From Malacoraja senta (lineage: Eukaryota): 64,000 nt of DNA. Position numbers and translations under genes: made by a program. The DNA lies in assembly GCA_038087875.1 (NCBI GenBank), contig CM075997.1, positions 5,704,001-5,768,000 on the forward strand. Reading direction: 5' to 3'. Below the pieces are notes generated by a model. The model had not been told where the DNA came from and searched no databases. It was given only the letters and a program-made list of their open reading frames with translations. Of the stretch, positions 24,681-36,130 are shown piece after piece (positions within the stretch are counted from its first letter, which is position 1; each line of letters starts with the position of its first letter).

Positions 24681-25159
24681 CCCAATTCTTGCTGCATCTA
24701 ACTCGCCACAGCCTCACAACCCGAAAATTACTCATTCATTCCTACTCTTTATTTTCAGCCTATTTTCAAGTCTGCAGTGCAGTTTAGAATATTACACTGA
24801 AAAATAAGTGCTCTACTAAAGGCCTTCCTGAAGTCAAAGTGTACCACACTCATTTGTTCCCATATTCTAGTTTCAGCCACAAACTGCATTATTTTGCAAT
24901 CATAAATCCATGCAGCATCTGCCTAATTCCATTATTATTTTTCAAATACCTTTGGCACTTCCTTAATCACAAATTTTACCTTTTTAACTTATAATGATGT
25001 CAAGCTAAGTGGTCTAGTTCCTGTTTTTTTTTCTCTCACTCCATATTTTCCTGGAACAATGGTGTTACTCTCTGATCAATGGGAACTATTCTAGCATGCG
25101 TGGAATGTTGGAGATGACAACCAGTGCATCCATGTCTCCCAAAGCTAGGTCTTCTAAAA

Positions 25160-27436
25160 CTTTGGGAGATAGGTTATTATTTTCAGGGAATTGATTGTCT
25201 TTCAGTATCACAAATTTGCAGGAAAATCACAGATAGCTGTAAGAATAATAGGATTGTAATAGTAGATGATTTTAAAACTTCTCTATGGGACTGGGTGCAA
25301 AGGGATTAGATGGGGCTAAATTTAACTGTGCCTAGGAAAGCATTCTCAAGCAATATGGAAGATGGCCCTCCTAGAGAAAGGTTAACAGTCGGCCTCCTCT
25401 TGGGTAATAAACCTGGTAAGTGGCTGAAGTGTTAGTGGTGAGAAATTTGAGACCAGTGACCATAATTCTATTAATTTTAAAATAGTATGGAAAGAGATAA
25501 GAGTGATCCACAAATCCTAAATTGGGGCACGGTTAAATTTGGATGGCAATAGACAGGAACTTGCAAAGGTTGATTGGGAGAGCTGTGTGCCAGTAAAGTG
25601 ATGTCTGGCAAGTAGAAAGCTTTTAACAATTATATGGCCCAACATTTTATAGTGGGGAAGTTATAGAAAGTAAGGAATTAAAGAAAATGAATCGTGATCT
25701 ACTGAAGCATATCCACATTACAAAAGAGGAGATGCTGACGGTCTTAAAATATATTAGGGTAGATAAATACCAGGGCAGGATTGTGTACTCTAGGACATTA
25801 TGGGAAGCAAGTTGTGAAATTGCATGGGCCCTGGCAGAGACCTATGTATTATCATTAGCCACAGGTGAAGTACAGAAAGACTGGAGGGTGGTTAATGTTG
25901 TGCCTTTACTTAAGAAGATCTGCAAGGACAAACCAGAGCCACCGGCCATGGAACCTAACATTAGTGTTGGGAAATTTACTGGAGTGGATTCTGAACGACA
26001 GGATCTACCTGCATTTGGAAAAATAACGATTGATTACAGATAGTCAGCCTAGCTTTGTGCGTAGCAAATTGTGCTCACAAATTAATGCACTCCGGCTGCA
26101 TTTATATCTATCTCAGACAGCAGATGTCCCAGCATAGTTACCTGCAGAACTCCACTGGTCACAGACCTCTAGTCAGAATATCTCCTTCCACCACAACTCT
26201 CTTATTCTGTGAATAAACTAGTTCTAAATGCATACGGCCACATCATCATGAATCCTGCATATCTGGATCAGACTACCATGAGGGACCTCACTTAAACCCA
26301 TGTATACTAATCCTCCACCCTACCTTCATCAGTCTCCTTTGCCACCTCATGAAAAACTTAATCAAGTTGGTGAGACATGACCTGCCATGTACAAAGCCGT
26401 GCTGGCTTCCCTAATTAGCCCATTCCCTATCTCCAATAATTCTCTCCAATAGTTTCCCTACCGCGAACTGGCCTATAGTTCCCTGGATTCTCGCAAACAA
26501 AGGAACAATGTTGGCCACTCTATAATCCTCTGGGACGTCGCCTATGGCTAGAGAAGAAACAAAGATTATCGTCAAGGCCCCCGCAATCTCCTCCCTTGCC
26601 TCCCATAATAACCTGGAATAGATACCATCAAGCCTTCTTAATCTCAAATTGCCCTAGCATATTTGTATTCTCCATACTGATCTCGTGTCCTCCAAGTTCA
26701 ACTCCTTGGTGAATACAGACTGAAAGTACTCGTTTAGTAATTCACATACATCCTGCTGACTCCAAGTGTAGATTCCTTTCTTTATCTTTGAATGATCATA
26801 CCTTCTCCCTTGTCACCCTATATTTTTAAAGTATGTATAAAAAGCCTTGGTATTCTCCTTAATCCGTCTCACCAATGATATTTCATGGCCTCTTTTGGCC
26901 CTTCTAATAGTCTGTTTGAATTTTTTTCCTACATGCTTTACATCAGCCCTGTCTGATGTCTCCTCCTTAAACCAGACGTACGCTTCCTGACCCAGTGTAC
27001 AACATCCTTGGTCATCCACGGTTTCCTTACTTTGTTGTCCTTATCGCTCCTCCTTACTGGAACATGCTGACCCTGCACTTTGATCAACTGACCTTTAAAC
27101 GACTCCCACATGTCAACTGTGGATTTACCCAATACCAACTGCTCCCAATCTACTCTCCTTGGCTCTTGCCTATTAAAATTGTAATCTGCCTTTCCCTAAT
27201 TAAGTACCTTCCACCAACATCCAGACCTGTCCCTATTCAAACAATCTTAAAACTTATGGAATTGTGATTACTATCTCCACATTTTTCTTCTACCGGTCAC
27301 CTGGTCTGGCTTGTTTCCCAATACAAGGTCCAGTATGGTCCCTCCTCGAGTCGGACTATCCACATACTGTATACAGGAACCTTCTTGGATACATCTAACA
27401 ACTTCTGACCCGTCCAATCCTTTAGCCCTGTGTAAG
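25160..27436. mobile_element. Degenerate CR1 ORF2 fragments (+ 25160-26085; - 26090-27436)
   Basis: RIVIVDDF, WRVVNVVPLLKK and YRVANIVPLF remnants with many frameshifts. Confidence 0.75.
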
Positions 27437-27616
27437 TGAAAGTTTTCAAAGGTCTTTTATTGGCGCATGTACCAATTAGGGTACAGTGATATGCAAATTA
27501 CCATTCAGCCATACGAAAATAAAGCAACAAGACACACATACATAAAAGTTAACGTAAACATCCACCACAGTGGATTCCCCACATTCCTCACTGTGATGGA
27601 AGGCAAAAAAAAGTCT

Positions 27617-30600
27617 ACATAGAAACATAGAAACATAGAAAGTAGGTGCGAGAGTAGACCACCAGGCCCATCGAGCCCGCACCGCCATTCGCTCATGGCT
27701 GAACACTAAACAGACACCCTTACCCACAAACAGTAGACACAAGACACAGAACACAAGACACTACCCTCCCCTTTATATCGCTATCACCCCTCTCCACCCC
27801 AAGAACCACGTGATCTCCTGGGGGAGGCAAAAAACCGGATAAAAACCCAGGTCCAATTCGGGAAAAAAATCCGGGAAATTCCTCTCCGACCCCAATCCAG
27901 GCGATCGACACTTGTCCAGGAGATCACTCAGGTCTTACTATACTAACCATACCTAGGTCCATATCCCTGCCCTCTCCCCGTAGCCCCTTATCCCCTTGGC
28001 AGCTAAAAAACCATCTATTTTAGACTTAAATATATTTAATGTTTCTGCTTCCACTGCTCCCTGGGGCAGTGAATTCCATAAATTAACCACCCTCTGGGTG
28101 AAGAAGTTCTTTCTCATCTCAGTTTTAAAAGAGCCCCCTCTTATTCTACAACTATGTCCCCTAGTTCTAGTTTCCCCGATCATTGGGAACATCCTCGGTG
28201 CATCCACCCGATCAAGGCCCCTCACGATCTTATATGTTTCAATGAGATCGCCTCTCATTCTTCTAAACTCCAAAGAGTAGAGTTCCAGCCTACTTAACCT
28301 TTCCTCATATGTCAATCCCCTCATTGCAGGAATTAATCTTGTAAACCTTCGCTGCACTGCCTCCAGGGCCAGTACATCCTTTCTTAAGTATGGACCCCAG
28401 AACTGTACACAGTATTCCAAATGTGGTCTCACTAATACTGTGTACAGCTGCAGCAAGACCTCCGTGTTTTTATACTCAATCCCCCTAGCAATAAAGGCCA
28501 AAACTCCATTGGCCTTCCTGATTGCTTGCTGCACCTGCATACTAACTTTTAGTGATTCATGTACTACTACCCCTAGATCCCTTTGCGTTGCATTACAACG
28601 CAGCTCCACCTCATTTAGAAAATAACTTGCCCTATCATTTTTTTTCCCAAAGTGAATGACGTCACATTTATTAGTATTAAATTTCATCTGCCAAGTTGTT
28701 GCCCACTCACCTAGCTTATCTATATCCTTTTGCAGACTCTTCCTATCCTCCTCATCCCCTACTTTTCCTCCCATTTTTGTATCGTCCGCAAATTTTGATA
28801 TATTACACTTGGTTCCCTCCTCCAAATCATTTATATAAATTGTGAACAACTGGGGTCCCAGCACCGACCCTTGCGGAACCCCGCTAGTTACTGGTTGCCA
28901 TCCCGAGTATGAACCATTTATCCCCACTCTCTGCTTCCTATTTGTTAGCCAATCCTCTGCCCATGCTAATATATTACCCCCAATCCCATAATTTTTTATT
29001 TTTAGCAATAGTCTCTTATGTGGCACCTTGTCAAAAGCCTTTTGGAAGTCCAAGTATACCACATCCATCGGTTCCCCTTTATCCACCCGGGTTGTTACTT
29101 CCTCAAAGAATTCGAGCAGATTCGTTAAACAGGACTTCCCCTTCACAAAACCATGCTGGTTCTGTCCGATGAAGTCATGTTTATCCAAGTGCCCCGTTAG
29201 TGTTTCTTTAATAATTGTCTCTAACATTTTACCCACCACCGATGTTAGACTAACCGGTCTATAGTTACCCGCCTTCTGTTTACTTCCTTTTTTAAATATA
29301 GGTGTTACATTGGCCATTTTCCAATCCACTGGGACCGTTCCTGCCTCCAGGGAGTTTTGGAAAATTATCACCAATGCATCCACAATCCCCACCGCTATCT
29401 CCCTCAAGACCCTTGGATGTAATCCATCAGGCCCAGGGGATTTATCCTCCTTCAGTCTCATTAATTTCCCTAATACCACCTCCTTGGTGATCTTAATAGT
29501 ATTTAGCTCCTCCATTCCTACCGCCCCCTGTTTATCCAGCGTTGGAATATTTTTTGTGTCTTCTATGGTGAAGACTGATACAAAATACTCGTTTAATGCC
29601 TTTGCCATTTCCATGTTCCCCACCAACAACTCTCCAGTCTCACCCTCCAATGGACCAACGTTCACCTTAGCCACCCTTTTTCTTTTTATATAGCTATAAA
29701 AACTCTTACTATTAGTTTTTATGTTGTTCGCTAAATTCCTTTCATAGTCTATTTTCCCCGTCTTAATTAATCTCTTAGTTATTTTTTGCTGACCTTTAAA
29801 TGCTTCCCAATCCTCTACCCTCCCACTATCTCTGGCTACCTTATATGCCCTTGCCTTCAGCCGAATACTATCCTTTATAGTTTTACTGAGCCATGGCTGA
29901 CTGTTCTTTCCCTTACCCCTTTTTTTCTTCATAGGAATAAATTTTTCTTGAAGGTTATACAGTAGATCCTTAAACGTACACCACTGCTCATGTACCGTCT
30001 TATTCTTGAGTCTGCTATCCCAGTCAACTTTGATCAGCTCAGTCCTCATACCTTCATAATCCCCCTTATTTAGACTAAGTACCCTAGCCTGAGTTTCAAC
30101 CTGCTCCCCTTCTATTTGAATATGGAATTCGACCATATTGTGGTCACTTGTTCCCAACGAGTCCCTAACTATGACATTTTTAATTAATCCTGCTTCATTA
30201 CACAGGACCAGATCCAAGATTGCCTCCCTCCTTGTCGGTTCTGTGACATACTGTTCTAGGAACCCGTCTCTAATACATTCTATAAACTCTTCCTCTAGTC
30301 TACCCTGCCCAGTTTGGTTTGCCCAATTAATATGAAAATTGAAGTCCCCCATGATTACAGCAGTTCCCTTTTTACATGCGTCAACTATTTGCAGATTTAT
30401 GTTCTGACTAACAGCGTCACAGCTATTTGGAGGTCTATAAATTACACCCACTAGTGTTTTTTTCCCCTTGTTATTCTCTATCTGTACCCAAGCTGTTTCA
30501 CTATCCTGATCCTTCAACGCAATATCCTTCCTCTCTATTGCCGTTATTCCCTCCCTTATTAAAAGGGCCACCCCTCCTCCCTTTCTTTCCTGTCTATCTT

Positions 30601-30987
30601 TTCTAATTGTCGAGTACCCCTCTATATTTAACTCCCAATCCTGATCCCCTTGCAGCCATGTCTCCGTAATGGCCACGATATCATAACTATATGTACTTAA
30701 TTGCACCGTTAATTCATTTATCTTATTTCGAATACTCCGTGCATTTAGATACAGCACTTTCAGATGATTTTTACTACCCTTCCTTTCTGTTTTTGCCCCT
30801 TTTACATCTAGAGCTTTATCTTCACACATTCTGGATCCTCCTGTCACATTTTGATTTTCCGTTTCCCCACTGATACCCTGCTCTATTTCCTCTACCCCTG
30901 CCGTTATTACCCCCCTTGATACCTCCCCCCCGCTACTTAGTTTAAAGACCTCTCTACTGCCCTAGTTATATGATTTGCCAGGACCCC
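27617..30987 (-). mobile_element. Young CR1 LINE, 5'-truncated inside ORF1
   Basis: (ACATAGAA)3 tail at 27617-27640; long 3'UTR; intact ORF2; last codons of ORF1 (GVLANHITRAVERSLN*) at ~30938-30987. Confidence 0.95.
27953..30847 (-). CDS. CR1 ORF2, endonuclease plus reverse transcriptase (964 aa, uninterrupted)
   Basis: LNARSIRNK, ITETW, MGDFN, SDHNMV (APE); [25 protein letters not shown] (RT); no stop or frameshift. Confidence 0.95.
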   Translation of the reverse strand: MTGGSRMCEDKALDVKGAKTERKGSKNHLKVLYLNARSIRNKINELTVQLSTYSYDIVAITETWLQGDQDWELNIEGYSTIRKDRQERKGGGVALLIREGITAIERKDIALKDQDSETAWVQIENNKGKKTLVGVIYRPPNSCDAVSQNINLQIVDACKKGTAVIMGDFNFHINWANQTGQGRLEEEFIECIRDGFLEQYVTEPTRREAILDLVLCNEAGLIKNVIVRDSLGTSDHNMVEFHIQIEGEQVETQARVLSLNKGDYEGMRTELIKVDWDSRLKNKTVHEQWCTFKDLLYNLQEKFIPMKKKRGKGKNSQPWLSKTIKDSIRLKARAYKVARDSGRVEDWEAFKGQQKITKRLIKTGKIDYERNLANNIKTNSKSFYSYIKRKRVAKVNVGPLEGETGELLVGNMEMAKALNEYFVSVFTIEDTKNIPTLDKQGAVGMEELNTIKITKEVVLGKLMRLKEDKSPGPDGLHPRVLREIAVGIVDALVIIFQNSLEAGTVPVDWKMANVTPIFKKGSKQKAGNYRPVSLTSVVGKMLETIIKETLTGHLDKHDFIGQNQHGFVKGKSCLTNLLEFFEEVTTRVDKGEPMDVVYLDFQKAFDKVPHKRLLLKIKNYGIGGNILAWAEDWLTNRKQRVGINGSYSGWQPVTSGVPQGSVLGPQLFTIYINDLEEGTKCNISKFADDTKMGGKVGDEEDRKSLQKDIDKLGEWATTWQMKFNTNKCDVIHFGKKNDRASYFLNEVELRCNATQRDLGVVVHESLKVSMQVQQAIRKANGVLAFIARGIEYKNTEVLLQLYTVLVRPHLEYCVQFWGPYLRKDVLALEAVQRRFTRLIPAMRGLTYEERLSRLELYSLEFRRMRGDLIETYKIVRGLDRVDAPRMFPMIGETRTRGHSCRIRGGSFKTEMRKNFFTQRVVNLWNSLPQGAVEAETLNIFKSKIDGFLAAKGIRGYGERAGIWT

Positions 30988-32362
30988 AATATTGCTGCAA
31001 ATGGTCTTGCCATTAACCGTATACATTCCTCTTGCATTCAACCTCCCAAACTACAATACTTTACTCTAATTCTTCTTCCTCAATATTGGTGAAGTTAAAG
31101 TCACCCACTACAACAACCCTTTGGTTCTTGCATCCTTCTCGTTGGAAAGAGGAGGAGAACTTCTTTAAAGTAGGCGTACCCTGAGGAGATTTAGCAGTGG
31201 AGCAGTCAAAATATGGATACAAAGAACTACAGATGCTGGATACCAAGGAAATACACAAAATGCCAGAGTAACTCAGCGGGCCAGGCCCCATCCTTGGAAA
31301 ACATCGATAGGTGACGCTTTGGGTCAGGATCCTTCTTCCGACTGATCTTTACTGCTGTACCATGAAGCCCTTGCGTCTGTACTTAATGCCCTGACTACTG
31401 AAGGCAAACATGCCACGCGGCTTCTACATAGAACTGCTCTGACTACAGCTTAATGTCAGTGTTGGAAATGGTACTGGAGTGGATACTGAGAGTCATGATC
31501 TTTCTGCATTTGGAAAGGCAAGAGTGAATAGGGATTATCATATTGGCCTTGTGTGCAGGGGAAATTGCCTCTCACAAACTTAATTGAGTTTCTTGAAGAG
31601 GTGTCCAAGAGGATTGACGAGTTGGATGTAGATATTGTCAACTTTAGCAAGGCTATTGACAATTCCCTCAATGATAGGTGAGATCACAAGGGGTCCGGGA
31701 CAAGCTAATCAATTACATACAAAATTGGAAGTGCAGAAGGAGTATGGTAGTGGAGGGATGTTTTTCAGATTTTCAGATGTGATTTTTGTTTTCCTTGTGT
31801 TATTTACCGCAAATCATGGTTTTTGGATTACTATTACCTTTGCTGTTGAAAATACCTCAAGAAAGGAAGGAAATAAAATAGCTGCTGCAGTATTAAAAGC
31901 AGTGCAATATAAAGTGGTCCTGTAAACCACCACATATTTGAGACAGAGGGAGCCGGTATTGCTGTAGAGATTAATACAGAGCATGTGCTGGCATTTGACA
32001 CCGTGTGGTTCTCAGGATGCATTGAGAACATTGCCTTGAGTAAAGTATTGTAGTTTGGGAGGTTGAATGCAAGAGGAATGTATACGGTTAATGGCAAGAC
32101 CATTTGCAGCATTGATGTGTAGTGGGATCTTGGAGTCCGTTCACAGCTCACTGAAGGTAACAGCCCAAGGAGATAAGATGGTAAAGAAGGCAAATGGTAT
32201 GCTTGCCTTCATTGCTAGGGGCATTGAATATAAACGGCAGGAAGTCATGGTGCAGCTCTATAGGAATTTAGTTAGGCAACATTTGGAGTACTGCGTAGAG
32301 TTCTAGTCGCCTCATAACAGGAAATATTTGGAGGCTTTGGAGAGGGTGCAGATGAGATTTAC

Positions 32363-34005
32363 CATCTGAGATGTCCTCATTCTTTAGGGAATGGGGGTTC
32401 CCCCTTCCATCATAGATGAGGCCCTCATGTGTCTCCTCAATACCCCGCAGCTCCGCTCTTGCTCCCCCTCCCACTAGTTGCAACCAGGATAGTGTCCCCC
32501 TAGCCTTTGCCTATAATCCCATCAGCCGTCGCATACAACACATAACTCTCAGACATTTTTGCCACCTCCGACGGGATCCCACTGCTCGTCACATCGTCCC
32601 ATCGCCACCCCTTTTTGCCTTCCGCAGAGACTGTTTCCCCCACAACTACCTGGTTAACTCATCCCTTCCCACCCTAACCATCCCCTCCCCAGGCACCTTC
32701 CCCTGCAACCGCAGGAGATGCAACACCTGTCGCTATACCTCCTCCCTCGACTCTGTCTAGGGACTGTGAAAGTCCTATCAGGCTAGGCAGAGGTTGACTT
32801 GTACCTCCTCCAACTTCATCCACTGTATCCTTTTTCAAAGTGTCAACTCTTATACATCACCGAGACCAAACATAGACTGGACGATCGTTTACTGAACACC
32901 TTTGTTCAGTCTGCCTGGGCTTACCTGACCTCATGGTTGGCAAACACTTTAATTCCCCTTCCCATTCCCACATTGACCTTTCTATCTGAGGCCTCCTCCA
33001 TTGTACACACAAATTGGAGGAACAGCATCTCATATTTCGCTTGGGCAATGGTATGATATTGATTTCTCTAACTTCAAGTAACCCTTGGAATTCCCTCTCT
33101 CTCTCCATCTCTTCCCCAACCAAGTCGTACCAGCTTCAAAGTCGTCTTGTTGAGTCTATGTCATAGAGTCATAGAATGATACAGAGTGGAAACAAGCCCT
33201 TCGGCCCAACTCACCCACACCGGCCAACAATGTCCCAGCTACCCTAATCCCACTTGCCTGCGCTTGGTTCATTACCCTCCAAACCTGTCTTATTCATGTA
33301 CCTGTCCAACTGTATCTTAAACGATGGGACAGTCCCAGCCTCAACTACCTTCTCTGGCAGCTTGTTCCATACACCACCACTGTGTGAAAATTACCCCTCG
33401 GATTCCTATTAAATCTTTTCCCCTTCACCTTGAACTTATGTCCTCTGGTCCTCGATTCCCCTACTTTGGGTAAATGACTGTGCATCTACCCGATCTTTTC
33501 CTCTCATGATTTTGTATACCTCTATAAGATCTCCCCTCATCCTCCTACGCTCTATGGAATAGAGATCCAGCCTGCTCAACTTCTCCCTGTAGCTCACACC
33601 CTCTAGTCCTGGCAACATCCTTGTAAATCTTTTCTGAACCCTTTCAAGCTTTACAATATCTTTCCTATAACATGGTGCCCAGAATTGAACACAATATTCT
33701 AAATGCGGTCTCACCAATGTCTTATACAACTGCAACACGACCTCCCAACTTCTATACTCTCATTGCCTGTAACTCGTTCTCATCTAACTCACAGCTAACA
33801 ATGACCTGTTTCCTTTATCATCATTACTTTTTTGCATAATCTTCATTCATTTGTTTTATATCTCTCTACATCACCATCTCTATATCTCTTGTTTCCCTTT
33901 CCCCTGACTCTCAGTCTGACGAAGGGTCTCGACCCGAAACTTCACCTATTCCTTTTCTCCAGAGAGGCCGTCTGACCCACTGATTTACTCCAGCTTTTTG
34001 TGTCG
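32363..34005 (+). mobile_element. Penelope-like (Poseidon-type) retroelement, 3' half with GIY-YIG endonuclease and terminal repeat
   Basis: PGTFPCNRRRCNTCRY linker; C..CQLLYITETKHRL (GIY-YIG); HFNSPSH; terminal repeat with hammerhead motif CTGACGA...GAAAC at 33912-33946. Confidence 0.85.
33160..33760 (-). mobile_element. CR1 3' fragment nested in the Penelope-like element
   Basis: MLQLYKTLVRPHLEYCVQFWAPCYRKD...; the Penelope 3' UTR resumes after 33760. Confidence 0.85.
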
Positions 34006-36109
34006 ATTACCAGAATGTTGCTTGGATTAGAAGTTTCATCTACAGGGAGAGATTGAATAGACTTGGATTGTTTTCTCTGGGACGTTGGAGGTTGAGGGGA
34101 GACTTGATAGAGGTATATATAATTATTAGAGGCATAGATAGGGTAAATGATCAGAATCTTTTTCCCCAGGGTGGAAATGTCCAACACTAGAGGGCATAAC
34201 TATAAAGTGAGATTATGACATTTAATGGAGAGGTGTGGGGCAGGTTATTTTATACAGAGAGTGGTGGGAGCCTGGAATGAATTGCCAGGGGTGGTGGTGG
34301 AGGTACAAATGATAGTGGCATTTAAGAGGCTTTTAAATAGGCACTTGAATGTGCAGGGAATAGGGGGATATCATGTAGAGGCAGGTGAGGTCAGTTTAAT
34401 TTGGCATCGTGTTCTGCATTAACATTGTGGGCTGAAGTGCCCATCCATGTGCTGTACTGTTCTATCTTCTATGTTAAGCAATGCTGGATAGTTGTAAACG
34501 TACGTGTCATCCTGAACGGATCCAAATTATGAAGGGTGGAAGTTGAAGAGAAATCCACGTGGGATAAATTAAAGACATTTATGCAAGAAAGATGCTTTTG
34601 CTTTCCTTCTCTTCCTGCATTTTTTCCTTTAATTCATTTTTCTTTATTCATACAGTTGGCCTGCGGGGCATACCGAACAGACTCATTTTTAGCAACACAT
34701 TACACAGTTGGCTTTATCAAGTCATCCAGTCTTGCCCTATCATACATATTATCTTTATTACACCCCCCCTCCCACCACCACCCCCTTATATCTACCTAAA
34801 CTTATTTGGTTTCTTGCTTTCTCAGTTCTGATGAAAATTCCAGAGCTCAAAAGTTGACTTTTGTTCTTTTTACAGATGCTACCTAACATGCAGAGTGTTT
34901 CCAAAAGTTTCTGTTTTAGTTAAACACTTGTATTTTCAATGTAATATTGTTAATACTCTGATTGGTCTTAGCTGATTAATAAATATCAAGTTTGTAGATG
35001 TTTTGCAGTGATTAATAACATTTATTTTCCACAGTGAAGACACTAGATATAGGTACATTATTACAGTTAAGTCATATCCATTCTTTAAATAAGATTAATC
35101 CTGTACAGATACATCTATCTTCTCTAGGGACTTTGCAGCTATATTACTTTTGAAGGTGGTAGTAAATTATTATCAAATGGCTTAGACTTAAATCAAAATG
35201 TAGTTGTGCATTCCTTGAATCATCAAAGACTCCATCAAAACAGTGTGGAGCTATTTGACTTAAATATACAGACCTGACGAAAATACAATACATCCTTTCC
35301 CACTACATCAATCCAGAAAACACCCTAGACCTCAATAAATGTCAACAGGTTTTATAGTTCGCTCACTGTTAAAATGCAGCATAGCTTCTGGGCTGAAGAT
35401 TGAGTGGACAAAAAATGTTGAGGTTAGTTGATTGATATTTTCACCTAATTTATGAATTATAAAATGTTATAAATAATGGAAAAATATAGCAAAATACTAG
35501 ATATATTTAGGTCATATACTACTTGTGCATACTGGTCAATTGTATATTTTATTTACTTTGGTGTCATTTGCTGATGTATTTTGTTTTATGTGAGTAACTG
35601 AATGTTATACCATCAGAGCTATGTTGTAATAAATTTTAAATAACAATATTTGCCTGAAATATCTATCTACTATGCCTTAGATTTGATTAACAAACATAAT
35701 TTAAAAGATATATTGATAACTAAAGTACATTGCATGTTTTTTGGATCACTCGCTGCATTGAACAAAATATTTATGAAGGTGATTAGAAATAAAATAAATA
35801 TATGTCAGCAGTTAGCAGGAATCAAATTACCCTTGTTTCAAGTGATTAACTGATCAGCAGTCTGAAATATTCTATTGTACCATTATCGGGTATTATAATT
35901 TATTACATTTGTGTATATGAACCTTTGTAATAACTGTTTTAGAAATTCATGTTGTCAAAGTTGGTGTGTGTGTGTGTGTATACGTGTTTGTATCAGAGAG
36001 CGAGTGGTTGTGGGGGCAGTTACCCTTAATGCAAGTGGAACAGTCCAGAAAGTGGTGCAAATTGAAAATAATGTACTTTTTCTGCTTTTCATTTTATCCA
36101 CTATGCAAG

Positions 36110-36130
36110 CCTCTTGATCTGGACAAATGG
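36110..36130 (+). CDS. RYR1: Putative 21-nt alternative microexon of RyR1 (PLDLDKW), similar to RYR2 exon 4 (QVDVEKW)
   Basis: Pyrimidine tract ttttctgcttttcattttatccactatgcaag|CCTCTTGATCTGGACAAATGG|gtatgt; phase 0/0; peptide pattern xxDxDKW falls at the position where RyR2 has QVDVEKW. Confidence 0.8.

Larger units (their letters stand above)
32036..34475 (+). mobile_element. Old CR1 3' fragment split by a Penelope-like element
   Basis: VKKANGMLAFIARGIEYK...HLEYCV (32036-32362) continues at ~34008 and ends ...IQRVVGAWNELP; TTACCA is duplicated at the junctions. Confidence 0.8.

Noticed and set aside
27996-30873. + strand ORFs overlapping the intact CR1 ORF2, and similar shadow ORFs over other CR1s
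   Set aside because: Antisense shadows of LINE coding sequence with no independent coding signal.
35035-35052. 18-nt AG...GT segment (TGAAGACACTAGATATAG) as a coding microexon
   Set aside because: Begins with TGA in the required phase 0 and has a weak donor (GTACAT). At most a poison exon, with no supporting evidence.
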